Below are positions 1-13,150 of a stretch of 64,000 bases of DNA, piece by piece. Origin of the DNA: Chrysomallon squamiferum (taxonomy: Eukaryota > Animalia > Mollusca). The stretch's first letter is position 1. Every line of letters starts with the position of its first letter. Below the pieces are notes generated by a model. That model made no database searches. It was not told the origin of the DNA and saw nothing but the letters and a program-made list of their open reading frames with translations. The stretch is taken from positions 19,530,001 through 19,594,000 of the forward strand of contig CM022667.1 in NCBI GenBank assembly GCA_012295275.1. The letters run 5' to 3'. The position numbers and the translations under genes were made by a program.

Positions 1-429
1 CCTAGTCACGGACTGTAACTCAGTATACAACACATATTCCGCTGAAAGCGCACGGAGAGAAGTTAATCGACAAACGAGGAGGACCACGTTTAAACGCTGG
101 TGCAAAGTTGAGTGGAACTAGCCAGTCGGTTGAGTTCACTATTGATCGTTTCTCCTTCACGATTCAGCGGCGTAGTCAAACCCATCCACAGACTCCGATC
201 TCTACTCGCACGGAGAAAGTAATTTATACGCAGTTCTTATTCGAGGGTATTTTTACAGAATCGCGAACAGTGCAGAGCATTGGTTCAGCGCGCAGGGGTC
301 TGAGTGGAGAGAGAACGGTTTCAGTTTGAATAAGTCAGAAGCGAAAAAGAAAAGAAAAGAAAAGAAATCCTCAGTCTTGATAATAATAATAATACGGCTG
401 TATCGCAAATACCTTAGTTATCGTAATAG

Positions 430-1010
430 ACGTTATCGTTGTTACTTCTGTGTTTTCCTTGTTGTTGTTGTTGTTGTTGTTGTTGCTACAGTTATGTTAG
501 TGTCAGTTTTCGTAGTAACAGCATCAGTAGTAGTAGTAATTGTAGTAGCAATACTCGTAGTAACTTGTTGTAGTAATAGTAGTAGTATTAGTAGTGCAGT
601 AACAATAGATGATTATTAGTAGTAACAGCAGTTGTAGTGGTAGTAGTAGTAGTAACAGTAGTTGTAGTAGTAGTAGTAGTGGCGGTAATAGTATTAGTAT
701 TACTATATGTAGGAACAGTGGTAGCGGCACCAGTAACGGTAGCAGCAGTAGCAGAAATAATCGTAGTAGTAGTAGTAGTAGTAATAGTGGCAATTGTCGT
801 AGCAGTAGTAGTAACTGTTGTTGTGGTCGTAGTAGTAGTAATAATAGTAACAGTCGTAGTAGTCGTAGTAGTCGTAGTAGTCGTGGTAGTCGTAGTAGTA
901 GTAATAGTAGTAGTAACAGTCGTTATAGTTGTAGTAGTAGTAATAGTAGTTGTAATAGTTGTAGTAGTAGTTGTAGTAGTAGTGACAGTGATAGTGGTAA
1001 GGTGGTGGTG
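430..1010. repeat. Degenerate (GTA/GTT)n trinucleotide tract
   Basis: Direct reading; source of spurious poly-S/V/L ORFs. Confidence 0.9.
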
Positions 1011-1404
1011 ATGTTTAACAAAGAAACATTGATATATTTTCTTTCCACTGCAGCTGCTGTTGTTTGAGATGTTTTCTCTTGTTCTTTGTCCTATTTCTTT
1101 TCATCAGTGAATCGATTTATTTGACTGGTTTCTTCTGTTCGTTACAATAATTAGAACCCTTCGTGCGAGAATTTCTGTCAGTGTTTAAATATAATCCATA
1201 ATCTCTGTGGTATAGAGAAGAATCATACAGATTTAACTAAGTAAAACTTTCATCTAAAGTTTTAAAAACGATTTATTTATGCCGTCAGTGTTTATCAATA
1301 ATACGAATTTGACATAAATAATTATATCGTTACATAAAATGGAATCAAAGAGCTTCAAGAGATCCTTTTGAAATGAACATATGTTAACACCACTTACTTT
1401 TATA

Positions 1405-1585
1405 ACTGCTGTTACTACTACTATTACAACTGCAACAACAACAACAACTACTACTACTACTACCATTACTATCACTACCACTACATACTACCACTATAAT
1501 ATACTACAACAACTATTGCTACTGCTATATAATACCATTACATTATATTACTAGTATAGCTGCAAACACTACTGCTGTGCTGTTG

Positions 1586-1661
<76 letters not shown>

Positions 1662-1754
1662 GACTACGACTACTCTACTACAACCACAGTTACTACTATT
1701 ACTCTTCCTACTGCTAATGCTCTACTACTACAACTACAGCTATTAATACTTCTT

Positions 1755-1792
<38 letters not shown>

Positions 1793-1880
1793 TGTTGGTG
1801 TTGTTGTTGTTTGTTGTTGTTGTTGTTGTTATAGTTGTTGTTTTTATTGTTACTGTTGTTAATGTTAATGTTGCTGTTAT
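1405..1880. repeat. (CTA)n/(TTA)n/(GTT)n trinucleotide tract
   Basis: Direct reading. Confidence 0.9.
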
Positions 1881-1887
1881 TGTTGTT

Positions 1888-2170
1888 GTTTCTGTAAGAA
1901 ATAGTGATTATTTTGTCGTTATCATTGTTATCGATTGTCGCTGTTACTGTTGTTGTTTCTGATGATGATGACGATGATGATGACGATGGTTGTTTCTGTC
2001 TGTAGGAAGTAGTGATTATTTTGTCGTTATCATTGTTATCGACTGTCGCTGTTACTGTTGTTGTTTCTGATGATGATGACGATGGTTGTTTCTCTCTGTA
2101 AGAAACAGAGATTATTTTGTCGTTGTCATTGTTATCGGTTGTCGCTGCCGCTGTAGTTGTTTCTGCTGGT
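1888..2170. repeat. Three tandem copies of a ~95-110 bp unit (ctgtaagaaatagtgattattttgtcgttatcattgttatcgattgtcgctgttactg...gatgacgatg)
   Basis: Copies start near 1890, 1998 and 2095. Confidence 0.85.
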
Positions 2171-2482
2171 ATTTATCGACGACACCACTGTTTCTCTACA
2201 AACAAAACCGATACAAGAAATCCGATACGTCACCTTTCACTGCATTACAGCTTCGCGTCTTTCTCTGCCTTAATAATTACACGATAACAAAAAAAAAACT
2301 GATAACGGATATATTTTTGTCCACTATACGAACAAAAATAACTGATATTTATACATCTTATCCTTTCATTCTGAATTAATTATAGATCATGTAGCAGAAA
2401 TCTATGAAGCAGAAGAAAAACATTTTTTAATATGCGACAGAGAGAAAGCAAACTATTTCTGATTGTTCCAGAAAAAGCAACG

Positions 2483-2513
<31 letters not shown>

Positions 2514-2772
2514 TGTGAATCAATAAATATAATTATCTCATAACCGTAAATATGAACAGCAAAACGCAAATCTTTATATCAAGTAGGACACAGCATATAA
2601 GTCTTATTAATTTCTTCTTAGATATAAATTAGATTATAACATTACTGAAAATATTATTATTTTTTTTTATTATTAATATTATTTCTTGGTCTGTACATGC
2701 ATAAGGTAAAACATACATTAATTTTAAATATATCTCAACTGAGTCAAATAGAAAAATGCACGTACAGTTACA

Positions 2773-2993
<221 letters not shown>

Positions 2994-4725
2994 GAATATC
3001 TAATGTTATTTGCACGGCAATCGTGTATTTGCTAACAAATCCATTAAATGAGAAAAAAACGATCTGTAATTATATAAATGTATATATTGATTTCTGGTGA
3101 TAATGCGATATCAATATACTAATTAGTTAGCAAACTATCGACTATATTGATTCAGCAAGTCCTTTTTTCTTAATTATTATTATTATTTATTTATTTTTAT
3201 ATATACTTGTAATGTAAGAGTGTCCGTATTTGTATGTATGTATTTATAGGTAAGTATATTAATGAACTGGGGTAATTGTATGTGTATATAGGATGTGTTA
3301 TATATAGAGAGCATTTCTTCACATACACTCTCATTAGTATAATTATAATACACATATTTTGAAAACGTGGACGCTATGCAAACATTCTGTCGTTAACTTC
3401 GTTGTTTAATGGTTTAAATTTAGTAGTAAAAAGAGAAAAGAAGAAATGGTTTTTCTGTTAATTAAATAGCGTTATCCCTCCACATCTATTTCTGTAACAT
3501 CGGTCTAGTTTCCTGATGATGATGATGATGATGATGACGATGACGTCGGTAATGACGATGACGACGACGATGATAATGATGATGATGATGATGCCAAAGA
3601 AATTATACATGTTTCATAGTAGTTCATGTTTTGTTCCATGTATATTGAAAACAGTTTAAAGGGAATGAAAAAAAAGTAATTTAACTTCGAAAGCCAAATT
3701 ATTTTACTGTAATTGTTTGAATGAACACTTTCAAATGTTAAAACGTAAGAGACCTCTCAAAAAAAGGGTGGGGGGAAGGAAGAAGAAGAAAAAAAGCAAA
3801 TTCGTTGATCGTTTTCTTGAAACTGGCTTTTGCAACGGTCTCCTATAGAAATTTATTTGAGTTGGGATTTTTGTCTGACAGGCAACTAACTAAAGGATCG
3901 ACCCTCAAATAGTAACAATGCTTATTCTTGTTCTACTAAAAGTAAATGTTAAATACATACTAAACTTTAGAAACAGCAGTACATATTATTACAGTCACTT
4001 ATATCCTACAGAGAATGAAATACTTTTCTACTGATAATAAACACTGCATTATATTCAGATATCTAGACTGTATATTTTAATTTTTTTTTTTTTTAGTAAA
4101 ATATAGATTTTTTAATTTCAGTATTATTTTATGAACACACTAAATAACTAAATGGCGAAGCAGATTTTTATTTCATTAATTTGATTGATTTCTGGAAGTA
4201 GATATACTTCTAGAACAAACACTCCTCTCGTCAGCCAATCAGAATTCTATACATGATTGCCATAAATCGGAACTCTGTTCTGCTGGATTAGTTTATGGTT
4301 GTCGTAAAAGAAGTACTCGTGAAAGACTGAAGAGTTTTTTTTTCATCAGCAGCAGGCAGAACTTGACATACTCCGAGAGTTTGATTGATTTTCATCTTAC
4401 AGCAGTCATCATTCACCATTTCTTGCAACTCGCTGAGTTCTCATTTAATATCTCTTCATTTCGTTCCGGCTTTCTTTGTGTCAAATATTTACTGTTGGAA
4501 ATGCCAGTCATTTCTGATGTTCTGTCCATCTTTCACAGCGTCTGTTCGCTCTGTTTTGACTTTAATATTACGCTCCAGTCTTGACATTTATCTTTTTACC
4601 GTGTTTCATTCTCTCTGTGTGTTTTGTCCGTCATTGTAGATGTTTAAATAATTATGTCAGAAAAACCAAAAAAAAAAACCCAAAAATCATTAATACAATT
4701 TTTTGTCTCTCATGTATAGCACAAA

Positions 4726-5683
4726 TATACTTAACTCAAAAAAGTTTAGCAAATTTTTGTAAAATGACTGTTGCTTCGAAATAAATTAAAGTGATAAAAC
4801 TTGGTAATACGTTAGTTGCATATGCCCAGTCGCTCTGGGATCTGGGTAATGAAAAGAACACAATTTGTCATTTCACACGTCGCTATGGGTACTGCACGTG
4901 CAAACGCGGTGCGCTCGTGCTGTCTCAGAAGCGAGTGCAACACGGTTGTATTGAAAACACGTTTTGATGCGCTGAAGTAACATTATCCAAAAACAAAAGA
5001 AAGATTTTATCTTGTTTATAATTGGTCGTCGTCCAGGCTTAACGGAAAATCAACGTCATGAAGTAGGGGACGGCTTAACGCCGGCCAACGCGTACACGAC
5101 GTCGCTCAGTACCTTCCTGTTGATGACAGTACCATATAACGACTCCAACAACGCGTACACCAAATTGGGAAAGTTCGAGATCGACCACGTTCTGGTAGAC
5201 CACGATTAACTACTCCAAGGAACATAGGTATTTAGTGACGTCATCTCGACGTCACAGGTTCGAAAGTGTTCCACTTTAGCACGTACGTTACAGCAAACCA
5301 CAGGCACTAGAATTCATACTCAAAGTTTCCGCAGTCGTCTCCATGCTTCTGGTTTACACGCACGTCGCCCTGTCGTAGCTGTTCCCCTGACAGCGCGTCA
5401 CGTTCAGGAACGTCTGAGATAGGCCACAATACACCAACATTTGCGACGCAGACAACCGGATCAGTCATTATTCACAGACGAAGCCAGGTTTTGAGTTCAG
5501 TTTGCGGATGGCAGGCGTCATGTACAGAGGCGACGGGGAGAACGACGTGATACAGACAACGTCCTTCAGCACGACGGTGGCAGCGTTGTGGTCTGGGCCG
5601 GCACTCATGGTGGACGTAAAACAGATCTCGTTTTCATTGCCGGAAACATAAACGTAATTGCTAAATTTATTTTGCACAGTATA
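4726..5683 (+). mobile_element. Decayed, internally deleted Tc1/mariner-superfamily (Tc1-like) DNA transposon
   Basis: Disrupted translation over ~5030-5655 gives LTENQRHE..DVAQYL..STI*RL..GKVRDRPRSGRPRLTTPREHRYL..RSRLHASGLHARRP..PLTARH..LFTDEARF..GGSVVVWAG (Tc1 HTH, GRPR motif, first catalytic D). Imperfect TIRs tatacttaactcaaaaaagtttagcaa and ttgctaaatttattttgcacagtata end in TA. Confidence 0.85.
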
Positions 5684-6349
5684 TTTCTAATGGAAGAATT
5701 CAATATATCGATATAAAAAAATAAAAAAAATTAAAAATTACAAAAATACATACTACAAAACAACAACAACAACAAAAAAAACTAATAATAATAAATAAAT
5801 AAATAAATAAAAAAAAAAACTTTAAAATATTTTTTTGTGTAAAGAGAAAAAGATTACTGTAACCTTCCGGTAGTTTTTGGATTTTCTTATCTGTTTAAAA
5901 TTGTTTTAGTTTACGACTTTTAAATAATTCATTTGGGACTGGCAGTTTTATTCTTGTAGAGTCGTTTATCTCTGAGTAGATAAGCACATTGGCCGCGTCA
6001 TGTTGAGATAGGAAAGAAATGTTAGTTTTTGTCAGAGCAAATTTCGTATCAAATTTTCTTTTTCTCCTTCTGGATTTCCTATTTTATATTCCCTTTGTTA
6101 TTTCTCTTGTTTTTCTTTTCTCTTTGTTTTCTCTGATGTTACTTTTACCCGTTTTGTTTCCTTTTACTGACACGAAACTGTGACACTGCAACGGCAACAC
6201 ATTGTTTTACGAGGGTTTACTGACGTTGTAACGATTACCAGGCAGTCACGTCATCAACGGACGTTGTAACGACAACGTTACCATATTGACGCAGTAACAA
6301 TTACAGTACAGTCAGATTACTGTAATAATGTTGAAACGATTCCCCGAAC

Positions 6350-6850
6350 AGTCATATTACTTCATCGATGTTTTAACCATTGTCGTACAGTCATATTACT
6401 TTATCGATGTTGTAACAATTATCGTACGTTACTTTATCGATGTTGTAACAATTATCGTACGTTACTTTATCGATGTTGTAACAATTATCGTACGTTACAT
6501 TATCAATGTTGTAACAATTATCGTACGTTACTTTATCGATGTTGTAACAGTTATCGTACGGTCGCATTACTTTATCGATATTATAACAAGTATCTTAACA
6601 TTACTTTATCGATGTTGTAACAATTATCGTACGGTTACATTATTTTATCGATGTAATAATTATCGTACAGTAACGTTACTTTATCGATGTTGTAACAATT
6701 ATCACATTATTTTATCGATGTTGTAACAATTATCATAACGTTGCTTTATCGATGCTGTAACAATTATCGTACAGTAACGTTATTTTATCGATGTTGTAAC
6801 AATTATCGTACAGTAACGTTACTTTACCGATGTTGTAACAATTATCGTAC
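6350..6850. repeat. Minisatellite, 33-bp unit TTACTTTATCGATGTTGTAACAATTATCGTACG with longer variants
   Basis: About 13-14 visible copies. Confidence 0.92.
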
Positions 6851-8677
6851 TACGGTCGCGTTTATTGTACTGACTTTGAAACTATCTCCGTACAGTTAAG
6901 ACACCGTACCGAGGTTATTTTTACACCGAAATTAAACAAACCGTGAAGAAATCTTTGATATAAAGTTGTTTAGCGACGGCTGTTAGTTTCGTGTAGAACA
7001 GACACTAATTAATTAATCAGATTTTATCTCGTCTGCCGCTTTCTCAGTTAGCTTCACTTTCAAACGGCTGGCAGAAGACCGAACTCACCGGAGTATTTCA
7101 GACAGAGCGTTATTTCATTTACTGCAAATTATATTGCACTAAGCAGATTAATTTAATCATCTTGAATTTTAAGGAAATGATAAAATTAGAAATTCGTTTA
7201 CGTTACTCTTTTAATTTATTTTATTTTTTTTATACAATTTTTGTTGTTGTCGTTGCTGTTATAATCTTCATCATCATCACTATTTCTTTTTTTTTTTTTA
7301 GAAGGGAGGGTGGATTTATTTATTTTATTTCATTTCATTTAATTATTTAATTTTTATTTCATATCGTTTTTTAATACACGAAATAAATTTTGATAAATTC
7401 TAAAATTTCAATTTAAAAAAAAAAAAAAATTATTTCATTTTTTTCTTCCCTTTTTTTCTTCATTTATATCTTTCATCGGAAACGAACAATTTTATAAAAT
7501 TGAGAAAATTAAATTCTCCCTCTCTTTTCTCCCTTTCTTATCAAATGTCGTTTCACAGAGGCATCACGTGATTTGCATGCTGTGTATTATCAACGAATCG
7601 GCTAAGTCTGATACTGCTGCTGCTTTTGCACGAAAAACGTTCTAAATCTCTAAATAACAACCTCTTTAAAGTACAAAGAAATAAATATAACAACAGCTCA
7701 AGCAGAAATAGAACACAATAATATTTATAGGATAAATAACTGTCTTTATAGATAACAGTGCCAGCTATTGCCGAAATCATTTTTGTTTTTTGTGTATATG
7801 TGTGTGTTTCTGTGTGTGTATGTACTCTTATATGTGTGTGCATACGTATGCACGCATGTATCTGTCTGTGCGTACATGTATGTATGTGTGTATGTTTGTG
7901 TTATGTATTAATTTTGTAGGAATATGAATATGTGTGTGTGTGTGTGTGTGCATGCATATGTAAGTATGCACGTGTTTATGTCTCTGCACGTGTATATATA
8001 TCTCTATGAGAGCGAAGGCGCATTAGTGACTGGAACTTTTTTCTACGAGAAACCTTTGTTTATTATTTTACAACATGTGATATCCAATTCTGTCAGTGGT
8101 AAAAAAAAAAAAAAAAAAAAAAAAGTATCCAATGCCTGTTTTGTTCTCTTACTTTCACCTTTCGTTTTTCTTTCTTTTTTTTCTCCCCCCCCTCACCTCT
8201 GACACGCTTTATCTCCTCTCACTTTTCTTCATACCTGAGTGCGCCCAGTTATTCTGGAGGAAATTAAATACAAACACAGATGACGGTAAAACATGGCGTT
8301 CTGATTTCTACCAATGCGTTTCAAGCGAACACAAATGCGTGGAGTGACCGTCTGAGAATGTGTAATTGTTGTGGTTTTATATTCCAGACGCCCGTTCGTG
8401 TAGAAATCACTGGTTAACATTTACAGACGTGTCACAGGCCACATTACACATGGGAACCAACCTGCCCACTGGAACGTAGCACGGTGGCAAATAATCCGTA
8501 CAGACGCAACATTAACAGTATTGTGTTTTGTGAGATCAAGACCTTTTCCTAATTTGACATCTGGTTTCTGTTTACCGCTGTGTTTACCACTTACAGAATA
8601 GTTAGCGTCAACAAAATAAAACATTGTGTTTAAGAACGTATGTTTCCTTTATTACTTTATTGTTATTATTATTTATT

Positions 8678-8681
<4 letters not shown>

Positions 8682-8756
<75 letters not shown>
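8682..8756. repeat. (CT)n microsatellite
   Basis: Direct reading. Confidence 0.95.
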
Positions 8757-8759
<3 letters not shown>

Positions 8760-9756
8760 TTTCTTCTTCTTCTTCCTATGCAATACTTTTATTTTCCCAG
8801 TATTTCCTTTTCATAGACGTTTTTTTCTTTCTTTCTTTTTTTTCTTGTTTTTTTTTAAATGCCCTTTCAGCAGTTTATTTAAGTGAATTAATCCTGCAAA
8901 TATATATATATATATATAATATATCTTCGTGTGAGTTCGGCAACCCTGACCGCACACAATCTAGCCTCAGTTCATTTAACGTTGAGCACGTTATCTACAA
9001 AAAACGTCTGCTGATTAATACTTCATCTTCCTCTGAGCAGTTCTCGCCCTTTGATCACGTGTCAGAAAGTTTGACCGGACACACGTCTGCTGCTCCTTTG
9101 ATGTCGACGCAGAACTGAGGAACTGCTGTGTTTAACTGCCACCGAGGAAACCTCTTCTGTTGTTGTAGCGATCGTCAGAATATGTAAATAAACACACTCA
9201 AAAAATGGTAGTGTTAATAATCCTTACAGAAAAAGAAGCAAGAGTTATATGAGTGTGGTTGATGTATTTAATCATATTGTTCGTTTATAAGAAAGTTAAC
9301 GTAGAAAGCAAGTATTCTTCTCATGTATAATGTTTCAGAAATTTAAAAAAAACGGGTAAATATTTAACTCTTTTTCTCTCTCGGACATATAAGGTAGCAC
9401 AGTATATCTATATGACATTACCAGATTCGTACAGTTTCGAATGATTCACGATTTCTGAACCAATGGTTTGTTACACTACAAAAATAAGTTTAATCCAAAT
9501 GTAAAACTGATTAAATATCTTTGTAAAAGTGTCGGGACAATGGCGTTGAGATAAGCAATTCCCACGATTCCTTAAAATAGTTCACTGGCACCATGTTCCG
9601 ATTAACTGAAAAAACACCTCACACTTAACATTACGATAGACAGGTTTATCACACTTATTTATGGGTTACTTGATGATCCGGAATCAAATTAAACAAAAAG
9701 TGAGAAAAAAAAAAAATAGAGTAAACGAAACAAGAAAAAACTAAATTGGTGAATAT

Positions 9757-10020
<264 letters not shown>

Positions 10021-10445
10021 TATCTAGAAAGATGATATTTTCATTATTCCTGTTGTCTTTGATAACTGGTTTTCCATTCATCGAAGTGTTCTGTTCGCTT
10101 TTTCTGTAAATGAGAGGAAAAAAAAGTATATATAAAAATAAAATAAAGCCAGTACCAACTGACTGGTACATACATCAAGTGTCGGTACATTACTAAAGGT
10201 GTGTAATAAACAAGGAATGGGTTGATAGAACAGGTAGATCTCGTCAGAGAGGGAAATGCAGAAAACATATCTACAGATAATACGTGATATTTGTGAGAAG
10301 ACTGGCATACATGCAGAGAAACAGAAAGAGAGAGAAAAACTGGTGGAAAGGTAACAACATAATGTTCAAACACACAGAAAGCGAAATCCCTTACTGAAAA
10401 AATCCATTTGAGAGAGAATGATAGTTGGACGGATAAAAAAGATGT

Positions 10446-10446
<1 letters not shown>

Positions 10447-10501
<55 letters not shown>

Positions 10502-10558
10502 GTAGGTAGGTAGGTAGGTAGGTAGACAGACAGACAGACAGACAGACAGATAGATAGA
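10447..10558. repeat. (GATA)n/(GGTA)n/(GACA)n tetranucleotide repeat
   Basis: Direct reading. Confidence 0.95.
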
Positions 10559-10997
10559 CCCGTGTAGTTTTTATTAATTCTATGTCAAGATAAATGCTTG
10601 TGCCAAATAAAATAAAATTACTTCAGTACTACCTCTGCTGCTGCTGTTGCTACAACAGCTATTACTATTATTATTATTCCTTCTACTTCGAAAACCTACG
10701 TTAATACCCATTAATTCGGATAATAAATAATTAATTCTTCAATTAAAAATACAATGAAGTATTGACCTAGTACCAGCATTAGTACAAGTGACACGGATGT
10801 AACCATCATGTAGAGAAGAAGAAGAAGAAGAAGAAAAAAATAAAAACAAACAGCTAGTGACCTTTTGAAGAAGGTAGCAGAGATTTCTAAAACGAGAGAC
10901 TGTGGATACTATTCCGGGAAAGAGCCAGCTGGAGTCGTGTAAGTTCGACGATTTCAACAGCGAACTGCTAATCATCATCAGTAAGGATCTGCCGAAG

Positions 10998-11013
10998 CAG
11001 CGCCACCTGTCGG
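10998..11013 (-). promoter_or_regulatory. CTCF-like binding motif (CCGACAGGTGGCGCTG on the - strand)
   Basis: Close match to the CTCF core CCASYAGRKGGCRS inside a GC-rich island. Confidence 0.5.
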
Positions 11014-12234
11014 TTTGAGCAGACAGCTCTTTGGAAGACGTCTCAGATGATGTGATTTGTTCTCTGCTCTGTTTATTCGTCTATTAGTCAACTGTGAAAT
11101 ACCTGACAGCGGGAACCTTCCATTTTATTAATGTTTTATTTTTTTTTTTTTTTTTTTTTTTTTATTTTTTTACAGAAATGAAAAATAGACAATTAGTTAT
11201 ATAGAAGTGTACTTCTTTTATCAAATATCCGTCATTAGAGTTGTCTTCTCCTGTTTTGTTTCAGACCTAATGTTTAAGTTATTTTTATTTCTTTATTACT
11301 GACGTTAATTGTTACTTCTTTCAATATTTAAAAAAAGAATAATAATAAAAAATAAATAATAATAATAATAATAATAATTTAAAAAATTAAAATTAACAAA
11401 AAAAAAAAAAAAAATAAATTAATTCATGAAGGAGCGCATGCTTTGGTTGACAACATATGCATAAGCATGCACGCACGTAAACTATAATAATCTTCTTTAA
11501 TAAATTGAACGTACAGCCTGAGGAGTAATTAACTAATAACGAAATAACTAGAAATGGTAGAAGTCACACTTGTAACAGTAGTGTCAGCAGCACTTCTAGA
11601 GGGGAAAGGACAGTCCTGAGCTAGTGACGTCACAGTAAGCCGGATATTGCCTGCCACAAAGACAAAAATCTAATATTCCTCGCAGCCTGGGAATCCAAGA
11701 CCTCACACGTAAATCAGGGCTTGCGCCTCTGTTTTGTGTGTTTGTACAATGACGTCTGCTTTCTCTCTCGTTAAGATATTAATGGCGTTTTGTTAGGTTT
11801 TACATCACACCATTATCTAAGAGGTTTAGAGCAAAGAGCAGTTCATCTGCGATGGTTTATATACATTGAGGTGTTGTGGTGCGCCTGTTTGTCGTAAAGA
11901 ACAGAAAAAGGCCGTCTTAAAACGATTATTTTAGAAAATCTGGATAAAAAAATAAAAAAAAATAAAAATCGTGATATTGTGAACGGGATGACCCTACGGG
12001 ATGATGATAATAATGATGATGTAAATTATTATAATAATGAAATTACGTAATTTTATTAACGTTAGCGGTATGACAAAATAAATTAATTTAGATTCTAGCT
12101 GAAAACTTCGTCTACTGGTTATTTGTGGTTAGTCAAACTAATTTCAATTGTATTCTGTTCCTCTTTATCATCATTTCACAATAACAATTTGTGGAATTAA
12201 AATCTTGTTCATTTACTTAGTGACAACTAGTCAC

Positions 12235-12524
12235 AAGTTTGAACTGGGGCGACACAAAGAGAACCTATGCGCACTGAAGTTTACTGAAAAAAGATGAAGG
12301 ATTAGCAAAAACAAGAAAAAGATAAAGAGACGGGAAAAAAGAAAAGAAAGGAAAGAAAGGTATTTTTATTTATAGCAAAGTTTGAACTAGCGCGACACCC
12401 AAAACAAAAAAAAAACCTGTGCACGTTGAAGTTTACTGAAAATGATGAAGGAGCAACAGAAAGAAGAAAAAGATACAGAGACGAGAAAAAAGAAAAGGAA
12501 AGAAAGAACAGTATTTTTATTTAT
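12235..12524. repeat. Diverged direct duplication of ~143 bp (aagtttgaact...gaagtttactgaaaa...gatgaagga...gtatttttatttat)
   Basis: Two alignable copies starting near 12235 and 12378. Confidence 0.85.
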
Positions 12525-13013
12525 GTGTAAAACGGCTTCTTGACAGTTTTATTTTTGTACAAGTTAAGGAAAGCACGACTGTAAGTTAGATACATGTAAA
12601 GTAAAGTGTCATTATTTTCGTTATTTTCAGTCCAAGCAGCAGTTGAATTTTCCGGGAAATGTCGGGATGTTGCGACCATTATCGAAAATTACCGAAAATA
12701 CAGAAACGTTTTCGATAATAATGTTTTGGTTAATTATACGGTCATTATTTTTATTTAACTTTCATAAGTATTCAACATATATCTGTTTAGAAGGTTTTAT
12801 GAATTCTTTACGTGTCAGAATGATTCTATAAAATGAGTTCTATAAAAAGGAATACTGAAAACATTGTAGCAAAAATCTCCTTTAATAAATGCCGGACCAT
12901 CAGACAAAGGTAGACTCTAATCTATATGTGCCAATGCGTTTGTGTTTTATTTTTTATACTATCAGCTGCTACTGATAACTTATACTCCTAAATCTTCTAG
13001 TCTTTTCACCTCG

Positions 13014-13044
<31 letters not shown>

Positions 13045-13119
13045 TTATTTTTTTTTTTTTATTTTTTTAAATTTTATTTTATTTTATTTTATTATTATTA
13101 TTTTTTTTTTTTGTGTAAG

Positions 13120-13150
<31 letters not shown>

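Noticed and set aside
326-1067. Poly-Ser/Val/Leu ORFs, and similar ERER/SLSL/CVCV/HTHT ORFs across the window
   Set aside because: Translations of microsatellites with no domain content or splice support.
500-1750. (GTA)n and (TAC)n tracts as a long inverted repeat or foldback element
   Set aside because: Complementarity arises only from simple repeats common throughout the window; no defined termini or target-site duplication.
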